Below are positions 45,962-58,310 of a DNA stretch of 64,000 bases, piece by piece; position 1 is the first letter of the stretch, and each line of letters begins with the position of its first letter. Below the pieces are notes generated by a model, which worked only from the letters and a program-made list of their open reading frames with translations, was not told where the DNA came from and made no database searches. A program made the translations under genes and the position numbers. This stretch comes from an uncultured delta proteobacterium (GTDB taxonomy: Bacteria; Desulfobacterota; Binatia; UBA9968): positions 448,001-512,000 of the forward strand of contig CAVXEP010000029.1 in the NCBI GenBank assembly GCA_963760795.1. Reading direction: 5' to 3'.

Positions 45962-48900
45962 TTAAACGCTCGCGCGGGCTCGGGCGGGTTTCTTTGCCAC
46001 CGGGGCGGCAGTGCCGTTGAGATATTCGCGCAGGAAGCGCGCCGTATAAGATTTCTTGCCGTCTTTGATCACGTCCAACGGCGCGCCGCAGGCGACTAAC
46101 TGGCCGCCTTGGGCGCCGCCTTCGGGACCCAGGTCGACGATGTAGTCGGCGTCTTTGACGATGTCGAGGTTATGCTCGATGGTGACCACCGTGTTGCCCA
46201 TGTCGACCAGGCGATGGAGGATATGAATCAGTTTTTCCACGTCGACGAAATGGAGCCCGGTGGTCGGTTCGTCGAGCACGTAAAGCGTCGTGCCGCGGGA
46301 TTCCTTGCCGAGCTCGTAGGCGAGTTTGATGCGCTGGGCTTCGCCGCCGGAAAGCGTGTTGCTCGCCTGGCCGAGATTGATATAGCCCATGCCGATGTCG
46401 TCGAGGATCTTCAGCGGCCGGTTGATTTTCGGAAAGGCGTGAAAGAACGGCACTGCCTCTTCGACCGTCATGCAGAACACGTCGAAGATATTTTTTTCGT
46501 TATAACGAATGCTGAGGGTCTCGTCGTTGAAACGTTGGCCGTTGCAGGCTTCGCAGTCGACGAAGACATCGGGAAGAAAACTCATCTCTTTGCGAATCTT
46601 GCCCTGGCCGGCGCACTCTTCGCAGCGGCCGCCCTTGACGTTGAAGGAGAAACGGCTCGCCGTGTAACCGCGCAGCCGCGCTTCCGGCGCCAGCGCATAG
46701 AGTTTGCGAATCTCATCCAACACGCCGATGTAAGAGACCGGCACCGAGCGCGGGGTTTTGCCGATGGGGGTTTGATCGACCTCGACGATCCGTTCGATGG
46801 CCTTCCAACCGGTAATTTCTTTATATTGTCCGGGCCGGCCGGCAAACTGGCCGAGCAGGACGTTTAATCCTTTGTAAAGCACGTCTCGGACCAGCGTGCT
46901 TTTGCCCGAGCCGGAGATGCCGGTGATGCAGCTCCACATGCCCAAAGGAATTTTGACGTCGAGGTTTTTCAAATTATGCGCCTTGGCGCCGCAGATGGTG
47001 AGCCAGTCGGATTTCTTCAGCTCGCGCTTGGGGCCGAGACGTTTGCGCTCGGAGCGCAGATAGGCGCCGGTGGGTGAGTCGGGATTGGCTCTGATTTCCG
47101 CCGGCGTGCCGATGTACACCACGTTGCCGCCATGGACGCCGGCGCCGGGGCCGAGATCGATAATCAGATCCGCTGATTGAATGGTCGCTTCGTCATGTTC
47201 GACAACGAGCACGCTGTTGCCCAACTGTTCGAGCCGGCGCAAGGTTTTGAGCAGCATGGCATTATCGCGCGGATGCAGGCCGATGGTCGGTTCGTCGAGG
47301 ATGTAGCAGACACCGCGCAGGTTGGAGCCCAGCTGTGCCGCCAGGCGAATGCGTTGAGCCTCGCCGCCGGAGAGCGTGTCGGCGCGCCGGTCGAGGGTGA
47401 GATAGGGCAGGCCGACCTCGGATAAGAAATTCAAGCGCTGCTGGATTTCCTTCAATACTTTCTCGGACACGGCGCGGTCGCGGGCGGCGGTGGCGATATC
47501 CGAGTGGTCGAGATCAAGCTTGGCGAAGTAGACGCGCGCGTCGTCGACGCACAGGCCAGCCACTTCCCAGATAGTTTTACCGGCGACTTTGACCGCCTGG
47601 GCGCGTTGATTCAAGCGCCGTCCTTGGCAGGCGGCGCAGGGCACTTCGGTCATCAGGTCGTCGAGCTCGTGGGCGGAATTTTCATCGCCGGCTTTAGCCA
47701 GTTCCTTTAAATATGGCACCAGGCCGACGAAGGCGCCGCGGCCCTTGCCGCCGTTGACGATTTCTTCCTGGACTATTTTGGTCTGTTTGGCGAAGGGCTT
47801 GGCGATATCGATGTCGTAATCGTCGCTCATTTGTTTCAACAGCCGCTGCATGGCGCGCTCGACCTCGGAGCCGTTGACCGATGAACCGCTAGAAATTCCA
47901 CCGAGCGCGTCTTGCACCGACCGGCGCGGATCGGCAAAGATCAATTGCGGATCGAAGTCATAGGTAAAACCCATGCCGGCACAATCTTTACAGGCCCCCT
48001 GCTGGCTATTGAAAGAAAACAGCCGGGGGTCGAGCGGCTCATAGCCAATGCCGCAGCCGAGACAAAATAGCCGTTGGTTGAAAATCTGTTCGCCCCGTTC
48101 CGAAATCAAATGGATGACGCCGTTGCCCAAACGCAGCCCTTGATCGACCAGGGCTTCGACTTCATGGCCGCCGGCCTTGGCCTTGCCGACGACGATATCG
48201 ATGTTGTGTTCTTTGAAACGCGCCAAGCCGCCCGCCAACTCGGGCGCGCGCAGGTCGGTGAGCTTGCCGTCGATGCGCGCGCGCCGGTAGCCAAGTTTGA
48301 TCGCTCCCGTGATCACTTCCTTGTGAAATCCCTTGCGGCCGCGCACCAGTGGGCTTAGCACCATGACATCCTTGCCGCGGTAGGAGCGCGAGATGCGGTC
48401 GAGGATCTGGCTGCGCGTCAGCGAATGGATCGGCCGGCCGCAGTTGACGCAGTGCTGTTTGCCGATCTTGGCGTAGAGCAGGCGCAGGTAGTGATAGATT
48501 TCCGTGACCGTGGCGACGGTGGATTTGCGGCCGCCCTGGCTCAAGCGCTGCTCGATGGCGACGGTGGGCGGAATGCCGGCGACATAGTCGACGTTGGGGC
48601 GCGCCATCACTTCTAAAAACTGCCGCGCGTAGGCGGACAGGCTGTCCAAATAGCGACGCTGGCCTTCGGCGTAAACGATGTCGAAGGCCAGCGTCGACTT
48701 CCCCGAACCGCTGAGGCCGGTGAAGACGATGAAGCGGTCGCGCGGAATGTTCACGCTGATATTTTTTAAGTTATGCTCTTTGGCGCCGACGATGGCGATG
48801 CAATGCTCGTCGACGCCGGCGGGCAAGGCTCGCCTTGCCCCGAGATTATTTTTTAATACCGGCGCAAACAACGATGTCAATTTATTTAAATAGGGGCGCA

Positions 48901-51643
48901 GATAGACGCCGGTGTAGGAGCGCTCCACCGCGGCGATCTGTGCCGGCGTTCCGGTCGCGACGATCTCGCCGCCTTTATCGCCGCCCTCGGGGCCGAGGTC
49001 GATGATATGGTCGGCGCATTTGATTACTTCCAAGTTGTGCTCGATGACGACCACGGAGTGGCCCTGCTCGATCAGTTCGTTGAACGCCCAGAGCAGCCGG
49101 TCGATGTCGTGAAAGTGCAGTCCGGTGGTGGGTTCGTCGAAGATAAACAGCGTGCCGGCTTTCTTCGCCCGCGCCATATGGGCGGCGAGCTTCAAGCGCT
49201 GCGACTCGCCGCCGGAGAGCGTCGTCACCGGCTGGCCCAGGCGCAGGTATTCCAACCCCACGGCGCGCAGCGGTTCGAGAGATCCCTTCACATCGTTGCT
49301 CTCTTTGAAAAACTCCAAGGCATCGCTGACGGTGAGATCGAGCACCTGGCGAATGCTCTTGCCGCGATAGGCGACTTCGAGGACTTCTTCGCGGAAGCGG
49401 CTGCCGTGACACTCCGGGCAGGAAGTGTAAACGTCGGAGAGAAACTGCATCTCGACTTTTTCGTAGCCTTCGCCATGGCAGGTCTCGCAGCGGCCGCCCT
49501 CGACGTTGAAAGAAAACGTCGACGGCGTGTAGCCGCGCAGGCGCGCCAGTTCGGCGCCGGCAAACAGCTTGCGGATGCCGTCGAAGGCTTTCATGTAAGT
49601 CGCCGGGTTGGAGCGCGGCGTGGTGCCCACCGGCGACTGGTCGACCAGGACGACTTCGGAGATTTTCTCGATGCCGTCGATCTTCTCACAATTAGTGACG
49701 TTGGCCGTGGGCGCTTCCTTGAGTTTTTTCAAATTGCGCGACAGCACTTCGTCGACCAAGCTTGATTTTCCCGAGCCGGAGACGCCGGTGATGCACACCA
49801 GCATGCCGAGTGGAATCTCCACGTCGATGTTCTTTAAATTATTCGCTGAGGCGCCGGTGATCTTAAGCAAGCGTTGCGAGAGCGGTTTGCGCCGGCGCGC
49901 CGGCATGGGAATCGATTTGCGCTGGCTTAGATAAGCCGCGGTGAGCGAATTTTCGTCCTTCAATAACTCGTCATAGCTGCCGGCGAACATGATTTCGCCG
50001 CCTTGCTCGCCGGCCTTGGGGCCGAGATCCAATATGTAATCGCATTCTTTGATGATTTCGGGATCATGTTCGACGATGACGACGGTATTTTGATTCGCCC
50101 GCAAGCGCTGGAGGATTTCCACCAGCCGGCGGCTGTCGCGCGGGTGGAGACCGATGGACGGTTCGTCGAGGACGTAGAGGGTGTTGACCAATGAGGAGCC
50201 GATCGCCGTGGTCAAGTCGACGCGCTCCAACTCACCGCCGGAGAGCGTGCGTGATTGGCGGTCGAGAGTGAGATACTCCAGGCCGACGCCGACTAAATAC
50301 CCCGTGCGGCGGCGAATCTCGTCGAGGATTAGACTCGACACTTGATCGAGGGCGCCGACCGGTTTCAATGCGGTAAAAAATTCATGGGCAATGCCGACAT
50401 TCATGGCGTTTATCTGGGCGATATCTTTGCCGTCGATGCGATAGTTGAGCGCGTCGGCTTTGAGCCGCGTGCCGTTACACTCGGGACAGAGCAAATAGGC
50501 GCGGTAGCGCGCCAGCAAGACGCGCACATGCATGCGGTAGCTGCGCCGTTCGAGGCGGCGAAACCAGCCGCGGATGCCTTTGTATTCGCCGGCGCCGTCG
50601 ATGACCAGCTGGCGCTGCGCGTCGCTCAGTTCGCCCCAGGGCATTTTCGTCGGGATTTTCTTGCTGTCACAAAAATCGAGCAGCCGCTTGGTTCTGCGCT
50701 TGCGGTTGATCCAGGGTTTGATGGCGCCGTCGGCGAGGGATTTTCCCGGATTGGGAATCACCAGGTCGATATCGATATCGATGACCCGGCCGAAGCCTTT
50801 GCAAGTTTCACAGGCGCCCAAAGGACTATTGAACGAAAAAATATTCGGCACCGGATCGCGGTAGGAAATATCGCAGTGCGGGCAATGCAGATGATTGCTA
50901 AACGGCTCCTGGCGCCAATCATCCTGCGGTAAGAATAGATTCAACCGGCCTTTGCCATAGTGAAACGCCTGCTCCAAGGAGTCGGCGATGCGCTTTTTGT
51001 TTTCCGGACGAAAGGCGAAGCGGTCGATGACGACCTCTAAGGGCTGCTTTTTCGCCGGCGCTTTATCGATGTCATCGAGTTCGCAAATGGTGTGGTCGGT
51101 GAGCAAACGATGGAAGCCCGCCTGGCGCAGACCGTTGCGGACTTCGTCCCAGCTCACCGCCGACGCCGGCAAGGGAAACGTCAAGACCACCGGTGTGCCT
51201 TCGGCCAGGGCGCCGAGTTTTTGCAGGACAGTGGCCGCGCTGTCGCGCTCGACGATCCTCTGACAGCCGCGGCAGTAAAGCACCGCGATCTTGGCAAATA
51301 ACAGTTTAAAATGATCGTGCAGCTCGGTCATGGTGCCGACGGTGGAGCGCGAGGTGCGCACCGGCCGGCTCTGATCGATGGCGATGGTTGGCGGGATGCC
51401 TTCGATGCTCTCGACGTCCGGCTTGTCCATGCGGTCGAGAAACTGCCGGGCGTAGGCGGAAAAGCTTTCGACGTAGCGGCGCTGGCCCTCGGCGTAGAGG
51501 ATATCGAAGGCGAGGGTCGACTTACCTGAACCGCTGACACCGGTGACCACGGTGAGTTGGTTGAGCGGAATCTCGATGTCGAGATTCTTCAAATTGTTCT
51601 GCTTGGCGCCGACTATGCGAATCGCTTTGCCGTTTATGGACAT
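45962..51643 (-). CDS. uvrA: Excinuclease ABC subunit A, tandem double-length form (1893 aa)
   Basis: Four Walker A motifs ([36 protein letters not shown]), four LSGGE signatures, two AEGQRRY, zinc fingers. Confidence 0.95.
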   Translation of the reverse strand: MSINGKAIRIVGAKQNNLKNLDIEIPLNQLTVVTGVSGSGKSTLAFDILYAEGQRRYVESFSAYARQFLDRMDKPDVESIEGIPPTIAIDQSRPVRTSRSTVGTMTELHDHFKLLFAKIAVLYCRGCQRIVERDSAATVLQKLGALAEGTPVVLTFPLPASAVSWDEVRNGLRQAGFHRLLTDHTICELDDIDKAPAKKQPLEVVIDRFAFRPENKKRIADSLEQAFHYGKGRLNLFLPQDDWRQEPFSNHLHCPHCDISYRDPVPNIFSFNSPLGACETCKGFGRVIDIDIDLVIPNPGKSLADGAIKPWINRKRRTKRLLDFCDSKKIPTKMPWGELSDAQRQLVIDGAGEYKGIRGWFRRLERRSYRMHVRVLLARYRAYLLCPECNGTRLKADALNYRIDGKDIAQINAMNVGIAHEFFTALKPVGALDQVSSLILDEIRRRTGYLVGVGLEYLTLDRQSRTLSGGELERVDLTTAIGSSLVNTLYVLDEPSIGLHPRDSRRLVEILQRLRANQNTVVIVEHDPEIIKECDYILDLGPKAGEQGGEIMFAGSYDELLKDENSLTAAYLSQRKSIPMPARRRKPLSQRLLKITGASANNLKNIDVEIPLGMLVCITGVSGSGKSSLVDEVLSRNLKKLKEAPTANVTNCEKIDGIEKISEVVLVDQSPVGTTPRSNPATYMKAFDGIRKLFAGAELARLRGYTPSTFSFNVEGGRCETCHGEGYEKVEMQFLSDVYTSCPECHGSRFREEVLEVAYRGKSIRQVLDLTVSDALEFFKESNDVKGSLEPLRAVGLEYLRLGQPVTTLSGGESQRLKLAAHMARAKKAGTLFIFDEPTTGLHFHDIDRLLWAFNELIEQGHSVVVIEHNLEVIKCADHIIDLGPEGGDKGGEIVATGTPAQIAAVERSYTGVYLRPYLNKLTSLFAPVLKNNLGARRALPAGVDEHCIAIVGAKEHNLKNISVNIPRDRFIVFTGLSGSGKSTLAFDIVYAEGQRRYLDSLSAYARQFLEVMARPNVDYVAGIPPTVAIEQRLSQGGRKSTVATVTEIYHYLRLLYAKIGKQHCVNCGRPIHSLTRSQILDRISRSYRGKDVMVLSPLVRGRKGFHKEVITGAIKLGYRRARIDGKLTDLRAPELAGGLARFKEHNIDIVVGKAKAGGHEVEALVDQGLRLGNGVIHLISERGEQIFNQRLFCLGCGIGYEPLDPRLFSFNSQQGACKDCAGMGFTYDFDPQLIFADPRRSVQDALGGISSGSSVNGSEVERAMQRLLKQMSDDYDIDIAKPFAKQTKIVQEEIVNGGKGRGAFVGLVPYLKELAKAGDENSAHELDDLMTEVPCAACQGRRLNQRAQAVKVAGKTIWEVAGLCVDDARVYFAKLDLDHSDIATAARDRAVSEKVLKEIQQRLNFLSEVGLPYLTLDRRADTLSGGEAQRIRLAAQLGSNLRGVCYILDEPTIGLHPRDNAMLLKTLRRLEQLGNSVLVVEHDEATIQSADLIIDLGPGAGVHGGNVVYIGTPAEIRANPDSPTGAYLRSERKRLGPKRELKKSDWLTICGAKAHNLKNLDVKIPLGMWSCITGISGSGKSTLVRDVLYKGLNVLLGQFAGRPGQYKEITGWKAIERIVEVDQTPIGKTPRSVPVSYIGVLDEIRKLYALAPEARLRGYTASRFSFNVKGGRCEECAGQGKIRKEMSFLPDVFVDCEACNGQRFNDETLSIRYNEKNIFDVFCMTVEEAVPFFHAFPKINRPLKILDDIGMGYINLGQASNTLSGGEAQRIKLAYELGKESRGTTLYVLDEPTTGLHFVDVEKLIHILHRLVDMGNTVVTIEHNLDIVKDADYIVDLGPEGGAQGGQLVACGAPLDVIKDGKKSYTARFLREYLNGTAAPVAKKPARARASV

Positions 51644-51849
51644 TCTATCGCTCGGTCACGGAAACGCCGCCGCTATTCTGTCGTCCGCAATGCTTGCTTG
51701 CCTGTTGCCATCGATCTTGGTTTCCGTGGTGCTGTGGAGAAAGTTAAATTTAGCGTGCACCAACCTGGTACGTCTATCACAGAGGGCAGTCGAATCAAGT
51801 TTGTTTTGCCGTACTTTCCCCGACTCGCGGCGTCTGTTAGTTTCAGGAC

Positions 51850-52536
51850 ATGCGCATCAGCGAGATTTTCTACTCGATCCAGGGCGAAGGCCGCTTGCTT
51901 GGTGTGCCGTCGGTGTTTGTTCGCACCAGCGGTTGCAATCTACGTTGCCGTTGGTGCGACACGCCGTACACGTCATGGAACCCCCAGGGCAAAGCTTGGA
52001 GCGTCAAAAAGATTCTCGGTGAAATCGCCAAATATCCGACCCGCCATGTGGTGATTACCGGCGGCGAACCGCTGTTGGCGCCCGATATCGAAGAGCTGAC
52101 GTTCCAGCTCAAGCAGCGCGGCGCCCATATCACCATAGAAACCGCGGCGACGATCTTCAAACCTGTGGCCGGCGATTTGATTTCGTTGAGCCCCAAGCTC
52201 GCCAACTCGACGCCATGGAAAAGAAGCAAGGGTGAGTTCGCGGCCATGCATGAAAAGCGCCGGCTCAATTACCCGGTCATACAGCAATATCTCGATGGCT
52301 ACGACTACCAGCTCAAGTTTGTCGTTGATGGAAAACCGGACATAGACGAAATTCGCTCGGTTATCGCCCAGTTACAACATGTCGATGGCGCTCGGGTCAT
52401 GCTCATGGCCGAGGGCGTCAAGCAGGCGGAGTTGAACCGCAAAGCCAAGTGGATCGTCGAATCGTGCAAGCAGTATGGCTTCAGCTACACGCCGCGCTTG
52501 CATATCCAGCTGTTCGGCAACCGGCGCGGCACGTGA
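51850..52536 (+). CDS. queE: 7-carboxy-7-deazaguanine synthase (radical SAM)
   Basis: SEIFYSIQGEG, FVRTSGCNLRCRWCDT, ITGGEP, SLSPK, PRLH. Confidence 0.9.
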   Translation: MRISEIFYSIQGEGRLLGVPSVFVRTSGCNLRCRWCDTPYTSWNPQGKAWSVKKILGEIAKYPTRHVVITGGEPLLAPDIEELTFQLKQRGAHITIETAATIFKPVAGDLISLSPKLANSTPWKRSKGEFAAMHEKRRLNYPVIQQYLDGYDYQLKFVVDGKPDIDEIRSVIAQLQHVDGARVMLMAEGVKQAELNRKAKWIVESCKQYGFSYTPRLHIQLFGNRRGT

Positions 52537-52715
52537 TTCCGCTTGGCGCGGTATCACGAATTGCAGAGTACAGATTTCAAATTCCAAATTCCGTGATCAC
52601 AGATTACTGGGATGCGGATTCTGATCGTTACCCATAAGTTTCGGCTGGACACGGCGGGTGTGGGAGACATAACGAAATGTGGTTAGCCGCTAAAGTCGTC
52701 GCAAGTTTTCCGTTA

Positions 52716-52855
52716 CCCCTCTTTGGAAAAGAGGGGCTAGGGGAGATTTTTTTCTTCCATGCGGCGGCACCGTTGCAGAGGATTGCCGCTCTGCTGCGAA
52801 AAACCCTCCTCACACCACATCAAATCCCCCTTAATCCCTCTTTTCCAAAGGGGGA
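52716..52855. repeat. Paired-hairpin REP-like element
   Basis: cccctctttggaaaagagggg...gggagattt and its inverted copy aaatcccc...ccctcttttccaaaggggg. Confidence 0.75.
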
Positions 52856-52930
52856 ATCGGTCATCGCTAGCTATTGACTTCGTCAGCGACCTGTCCAGCC
52901 AACAAGATGTGTCGCATGATTAGATGCGGA

Positions 52931-55900
52931 TTAGGGAGCTATGGGTTGTTGTTCTGTCCGCGCGGTCGGCGCGGCGCCGGCCGGCTGGGCCGTGACATCG
53001 GCCTGGGGTACCACCCCCGGGGGCGGTATTTCATTGAGCTTCTTGTTGTCGAATTTCGCCGTGATCGAGGGCGCGAGCAATTTGAGCAAAGTGACCGGCA
53101 GCGCGCTGGTAAAATGGTAGTTGCCGGCCTCGCGTCCCTGGACGTAGGCGGTGATCACGCCGTAGTAACGCTCGCCGATGTAAAATACGAAAGTTGCCGT
53201 GCGGTTGGTGGCGCGCGAGCTGACAACGCCGCCGCTGCGGTTGAAGGTCTCAAAACGATTGTCGCCGGAGCCGGTCTTGCCGCCGACGGTGAGTACGCTG
53301 CCGTCGGCAAGTTTGAACGCGCCATTGAGCCGGCGCGCGGATCCCTGTTCGACTACTTCGGCCATGGCTTTGCGCACCGTGCGGGCGACCTCGGGGGCGA
53401 GCACCTGCTCGCCGGCTTTCAGCGGTCGTTCGAGCACAGTCTCGTAGGGAGTTGCGCCGGCGAAATGAATTCTAGTCAGTGTCGTGGCTGGGCGGCGCAG
53501 GCCGTCGTTGACCAGAATGCCGGCCAATTCCGCCAATGCCGTTGGCCGGTCGGAGGAACTGCCGATGGCGGTGGCGTAGGTCGGCACCAGGGTTTTGAAT
53601 GGGAAACCGAGCCGCTGCCAGTATGGCGTCATGCGCGCGAAGGCATCTCTTTCGATGCGGATGCGCAGACGATTGTTTTGGGCGCGTTGATTGCGCGAGT
53701 TGAGCAGCCAAGCCGAGCCGACCTGCCGGGCCGGGCCGCTCTTGGCATAGAGATCTTTCCACGACCGCTTGGCGTTCTGGCGAAACTCGCCGGCGCACCA
53801 CAGATCGAGCGGGTGCATGCCGAGCAGATAGGCATGATCGGCTAAAGTCAGGCGCGGATTCTGGTAGGCGCGAAACAATTTGCTAACCTCGGCGGCGCTG
53901 GTTTTGGCCTCATGCTTTTCCAGCCAAGCGGTTAAGGCGTCCTCGTCATTGCCGACCCGCCAGGCGAAAAACAGGACCGCCAAACGCCGCTCGACGCTGC
54001 CTTTGCCGCCGAGCAGCCGCTTGACGATCTCTTCCGGCGTTTGCTTGGCGTAGTTCTGGTAGGCGCGGCGCAGCGCGGCACGGGATTCCTCGTCGGCGAT
54101 TTCTTCGAGCATCTGTCGGCGCGTCGGGTTCTCGGGGTTGTCGAGCACGTCACTAGCGTTGTAAGCGAGCCGGGCACGGTGGTAGCTCACCAGGTCGCGC
54201 ATGAGGCGAATGAGCGCGAGATTGTTCGAGTTGCGAAAGGCATCGCGGAGCTCGTAGATGCGGTCATTTTCCTTTTTATCGAAATTTTCAAAGTGGTGCA
54301 GCCCGCCGCCGGTGAAAAAGCCTTCATAGGGGCTTCCGGAGTATTTCCGTTCCATGGCCTTGTCGAGAAACGGTTGGAGCCGCAGTGCCTTATGGTCGAG
54401 CAAGGTTTCCGCCGCCCATTTGGTCAATGGATCGCGGGCGGCGCTGCCTCGCTCTTGCAGCCGCTTCGGATCCAGGACCGACAATTCTTTGTGCAGCTCG
54501 GCGACCAGTTCGAGATAATGGGTTAACGTGCGCAGCTTCGCTGTGCTGCCGAGTTCGAGTTTGACGCTTTTGTTGAAATCCAACGCTGTGGTCAGGGTGT
54601 CCGCTTGCACGCGCACGACATTGCCATTGGGGGTCGCTTCGACCAGCAGCAATGAATAGATCAGCCTCGCCGGATCGTCGGCTTCGAGCATGCGCTCGCC
54701 GTTGAGACCATAGGCTTTGATCACCTCGGGCCGGCTCAAACTGTCGAAGAAGTCGGTGACGCGCTTTTGCAGCGGCACATCGATGGTGCTGTCGGCGCGC
54801 AGGTGCAAGCGATTCAAATCGTAAAGGTTGTTCATGCCCAGCGCTTCCAACAAGCTGACGCGGATGGCATTGGCAGCCTTGTTTTTACCGGAGGATGGCT
54901 GCGGCGTTAGCGGCGCGGTGGGCGAAAACTTTATCGGCGTGTCTTGCAGTTGGGCGGCGAAATCCCCGTCGATCACGCCGTCGCGCGCCATTAGACGCGT
55001 GAACTGGCTGACTTTCTCTTCCAGGGACGATCGTTCGTCGACTAGGTAGACTGTCGGCGCGCGCACTGAAATCAGTAAAGCGAGGGCATGTTTGAAGGCG
55101 CGCACTTTCGCCGGCGTCGGCTGGGCGGCGTGCAAGTCCTTGACCGCATCGCTCAAGCGGATGCCAAACCACGCGTACAGGCCCTCGCCCAGACCGTGAA
55201 TTTCGCCATAACTGGGCGCGGCGGCCAGCGGCACGGTATTCAAGTAATCGACGATGATCCGTTCGCGCCAAGTGCGGGTATTGGGCCCTTCTTGATAAGC
55301 TTTCAAGCTGGCACCGATGAGCTGGCGCAACTTTTCCACTGGGTTGTCAGTGCGGCCATGGGGCGAATGGCGAAATTTCTCGAGTTGCACCGCCAAGGTG
55401 CTGCCGCCTTGCACCGGCACCGGCAGTTGCAGTTTACCCGCGACATAATAGGTTACCGCTTTAAGGGTCCGGTCCCACTCGATGACCGGATTCTGCCAGG
55501 AGGTTGCCGGATGGTCGAGATCGCGGTTTTCCAGGAACAACAGCGTCTTGACCAAGAGCGGCGGGATGTCGTCGATCTTAGCGAAGAGAAAATCGCCCTG
55601 GGCGTAACGAAACAGCGGCACGCCGTCGGCGCCGATGATTTCCAAGCCGGCATCCGGCCGTTCCCAATAGGGCGGCGAGATGCCGCGCTCCAAGAGCGTA
55701 AGCACGGTCTCGGACTGGCGCGCCTGTTGATTTACCAAATAACCTTGGGATTGCAGCCGGCTCTGGAGGAGCGGCAATTTAGAATAGCCGCGGCGCTCGT
55801 CAAAGGGCGCGGTGGCGCGCGGAAAAATAATTTCCCGGTTTGGCCCGTCTTTGAGGCTATAGAAAATCCGCTCGTTGATGCTGGTAAAAAACCAGGATTG

Positions 55901-56065
55901 CAGCAGCGAGGTCTGGATCTCGACGAAAATGGCGGCGGCGGCGATCACCAAGACTGCCAGCGACCAGAGCCAGACTTTTAGCCGCTTGAAGTTAAGGAAG
56001 CAGAACAGCCGACCGGCCAGAGTAGAGGCCGGCGACAACTCGGTTGGAATGGATTTTCCGCTCAT
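52931..56065 (-). CDS. Large class A PBP-like protein (GT51 transglycosylase plus transpeptidase)
   Basis: N-terminal TM; FLENR, QGGSTLAVQLEK, YLN; LGSTAK (SxxK), NSNN (SxN), GKTGS. Confidence 0.85.
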   Translation of the reverse strand: MSGKSIPTELSPASTLAGRLFCFLNFKRLKVWLWSLAVLVIAAAAIFVEIQTSLLQSWFFTSINERIFYSLKDGPNREIIFPRATAPFDERRGYSKLPLLQSRLQSQGYLVNQQARQSETVLTLLERGISPPYWERPDAGLEIIGADGVPLFRYAQGDFLFAKIDDIPPLLVKTLLFLENRDLDHPATSWQNPVIEWDRTLKAVTYYVAGKLQLPVPVQGGSTLAVQLEKFRHSPHGRTDNPVEKLRQLIGASLKAYQEGPNTRTWRERIIVDYLNTVPLAAAPSYGEIHGLGEGLYAWFGIRLSDAVKDLHAAQPTPAKVRAFKHALALLISVRAPTVYLVDERSSLEEKVSQFTRLMARDGVIDGDFAAQLQDTPIKFSPTAPLTPQPSSGKNKAANAIRVSLLEALGMNNLYDLNRLHLRADSTIDVPLQKRVTDFFDSLSRPEVIKAYGLNGERMLEADDPARLIYSLLLVEATPNGNVVRVQADTLTTALDFNKSVKLELGSTAKLRTLTHYLELVAELHKELSVLDPKRLQERGSAARDPLTKWAAETLLDHKALRLQPFLDKAMERKYSGSPYEGFFTGGGLHHFENFDKKENDRIYELRDAFRNSNNLALIRLMRDLVSYHRARLAYNASDVLDNPENPTRRQMLEEIADEESRAALRRAYQNYAKQTPEEIVKRLLGGKGSVERRLAVLFFAWRVGNDEDALTAWLEKHEAKTSAAEVSKLFRAYQNPRLTLADHAYLLGMHPLDLWCAGEFRQNAKRSWKDLYAKSGPARQVGSAWLLNSRNQRAQNNRLRIRIERDAFARMTPYWQRLGFPFKTLVPTYATAIGSSSDRPTALAELAGILVNDGLRRPATTLTRIHFAGATPYETVLERPLKAGEQVLAPEVARTVRKAMAEVVEQGSARRLNGAFKLADGSVLTVGGKTGSGDNRFETFNRSGGVVSSRATNRTATFVFYIGERYYGVITAYVQGREAGNYHFTSALPVTLLKLLAPSITAKFDNKKLNEIPPPGVVPQADVTAQPAGAAPTARTEQQPIAP

Positions 56066-56182
56066 CGAACTAGAATGCCAATACTAACACACCGGTGGCA
56101 AACCTCAATCAAGTTTTCTGTGCGGCAATTTGTTTTACCGATCTAAAACCGAAAGGACTTGCGCAAAAGTGCCAAGCTGGGC

Positions 56183-56346
56183 AAATTCGAAGCACGAAAG
56201 CGGCCCCGCGGACCGAAACCCGAAACAAATTCCAATGTTCAAAAACAACACATAAATTCCAAACAGCTTCAATATGGATTCGGTGCTCTGGATTTTCCGG
56301 GTATGGAATTTATATTCGCCTCGGTTTGTTTCGGATTTAGGATTTT
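56183..56346. repeat. Inverted heptamer-type intergenic repeat
   Basis: aaattcgaagcacgaaa..ccgaaacaaa vs tttgtttcggatttaggattt. Confidence 0.6.
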
Positions 56347-57488
56347 CCAACGAATATCTGGCGCTGTCGGTTTAGTACTTTAGGCCGCAGTATATTGTAG
56401 GCGGCGACAGGGCGATGAAAGCCCTTGAGAGTTAATTCGCCGGCTGGCTCGGCTTCGACCAGTTCATCAACCGTGCCGAGGAGGCGCTGGGGCACGAGGA
56501 TTTCTCCCGGCTTGGCCTCGCCGCATAGCCGCGCCGCGAGGTTGGGCACAGTGCCGATGGCGCCATATTCCCACCGGCCTTCGAAGCCGATGGCGCCGAT
56601 GGTGGCGTAGCCCTGGGCGATGCCGACGCCGAAACCGAGCTCGTAGCCGAGCTTGCGCCATTTGACTGTCAATTCCTTGACGCGCTTGCGCATCGCCAGC
56701 GCCATGCGGACGGCCTGCTCGGCGGGATTTGGAATCGGCGTCGGATCATTGAAGAATATCAGCATGCCATCGCCGGCGAAGTGTTCCAGGGTTCCTTCGT
56801 GCTCGACGATCAGTTGCCCCATGGCGGCGTGATATTCGCGCAGCACGTTCATGACTTCTTCGGGCTCGGCGGTTTCAGCGAAAGCGGTGAAGCCGCGCAA
56901 GTCCAAATAGACCACGGTGATTTCCCGCCGGTGGGTTTTCAGCGGATCGTCGGCGCCGCCGCTGACGATCAGCTCGGCGAGTTGAGGAGAAAAAAATCGT
57001 TTCAAACGTTCCAATCGTTCCAGTTGCTTGACTTGCTCCTGGACGCGCGCTTCAAGAGTCCGGTTCCACTCCGCCAGCTCGCGGCGCAACTCGATCTCCT
57101 GGTCGCGCAGCCGTTTCTTTTCCAAGCAGGCGCCGATGCGGGCGCGCAGCAAAATCGGATCGAACGGTTTGGGCAAATAGTCCTCGGCGCCCAGCTCAAT
57201 GCAGCGCACGACGCTGCCGATCTCGTCGAGGGCGGAGAGCACGATCACCGGAATGGCGCGCAGGTTCTCATCGGCCTTCAATTGTTCCAGGACTTGATAG
57301 CCGTTCATCTCCGGCATCATGACATCGAGCAGGACGAGATCGAACGGTTCCGCCTTGAGCATCTCCAAGCCGATCCGGCCGTTTTCCGCAAGGAGAGCTT
57401 TATGGCCGTCTGCCTCGACCAGCGTGGACAACATGTCCCGGTTCATTTCGGTGTCGTCGACGACAAGTATTTTCGCGGGAGCGGTCAT
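56337..57488 (-). CDS. Receiver domain fused to class III nucleotidyl cyclase
   Basis: [21 protein letters not shown]; [19 protein letters not shown]. Confidence 0.9.
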   Translation of the reverse strand: MTAPAKILVVDDTEMNRDMLSTLVEADGHKALLAENGRIGLEMLKAEPFDLVLLDVMMPEMNGYQVLEQLKADENLRAIPVIVLSALDEIGSVVRCIELGAEDYLPKPFDPILLRARIGACLEKKRLRDQEIELRRELAEWNRTLEARVQEQVKQLERLERLKRFFSPQLAELIVSGGADDPLKTHRREITVVYLDLRGFTAFAETAEPEEVMNVLREYHAAMGQLIVEHEGTLEHFAGDGMLIFFNDPTPIPNPAEQAVRMALAMRKRVKELTVKWRKLGYELGFGVGIAQGYATIGAIGFEGRWEYGAIGTVPNLAARLCGEAKPGEILVPQRLLGTVDELVEAEPAGELTLKGFHRPVAAYNILRPKVLNRQRQIFVGKS

Positions 57489-57524
57489 GTTCAGACTCAA
57501 CTAAGAAGCCGGATTCGGATTATT

Positions 57525-57762
57525 TCTCGCCAAGGCGCTAAGGCGCGAAGTGTAGGCAGAGCCAGACACACAAATTCATTCCTAGTTCTCCGAACTATGA
57601 GCAATCTTGCGAGAAGGATATTCTCTATCTGTCCGAAATTCGGCAATGTTTCATCCCGACCGTGTCATCCCGAGCGCAATGTCGAGGGATCTGAGAAGGA
57701 TTTCTCTCTCCGTTCGAAATGACAATGTTCGACCCTTGGCGTCTTTGCGCCTTTGCGGGAGA
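57525..57762. repeat. Nested palindromic repeats
   Basis: Outer tctcgccaaggcgctaaggcgcgaag / cttggcgtctttgcgcctttgcgggaga; inner 57663-57724 tgtcatcccgagcg...gttcgaaatgaca. Confidence 0.65.
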
Positions 57763-57776
57763 TATTGTTTTCTCCT

Positions 57777-58144
57777 CTAACCCAGGTACCTCTTATTTTT
57801 TCCAAGAGATCCGCCGGATCGAACGGTTTGGTCACGTAGGCGTCGCAGCCGGCGGCGAAGGCTTTGGCGTCGTCGCCGCTGAGCGCGTAGGAGGTCACCG
57901 CGATGATGGGGATGTGCTTGAGCGCCGGATTGGCCTTGATCCGCCGCGTGGTCTCGTAGCCGTCGATGCCGGGCAGCTGGATGTCCATCAGGATCAAGTC
58001 GGGCCGCTCCGTCTCCGCCGCCGTCACGCCAGCTTCGCCTGTGACTGCTTCGATCAACTCATAGCCGAAGCTGGTCAACAGATCGCGCAACAACCGCCGG
58101 TTTTCCTCGTGATCTTCGATCGCCAATATTCGCTTCGCCGCCAC
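57777..58144 (-). CDS. Single-domain response regulator (DivK-like), probable frameshift in the last codons
   Basis: RBS ggagga plus GTG; ILAIED, PDLILMDIQLPGIDG, AVTSYA, GCDAYVTKP; likely true end KIR(E)YLG* at 57777. Confidence 0.88.
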
Positions 58145-58164
58145 TTTACATGTCCTCCCAGCCA

Positions 58165-58309
58165 TTTTGGATTTTCGTCCGCGGGGCCGCTTTTGGATTT
58201 TGGATTGGAATTAAATCCAATTTCCTGCTCAGACCCTTTGTATCGGTGGAAGTTCGCATTTTTAAGTCCGATGCCTTTCAATCCAAAATCGAAAATCCAA
58301 AATCCAAAA

Positions 58310-58310
<1 letters not shown>
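58165..58310. repeat. Inverted array of 7-mer repeats
   Basis: ttttggattttggatt ... aatccaaaatcgaaaatccaaaatccaaaat. Confidence 0.75.

Noticed and set aside
51850-52536. 7-deazaguanine DNA-modification (dpd) island
   Set aside because: queE stands alone, with no dpdA, queC, queD or folE nearby; housekeeping queuosine synthesis is the simpler reading.
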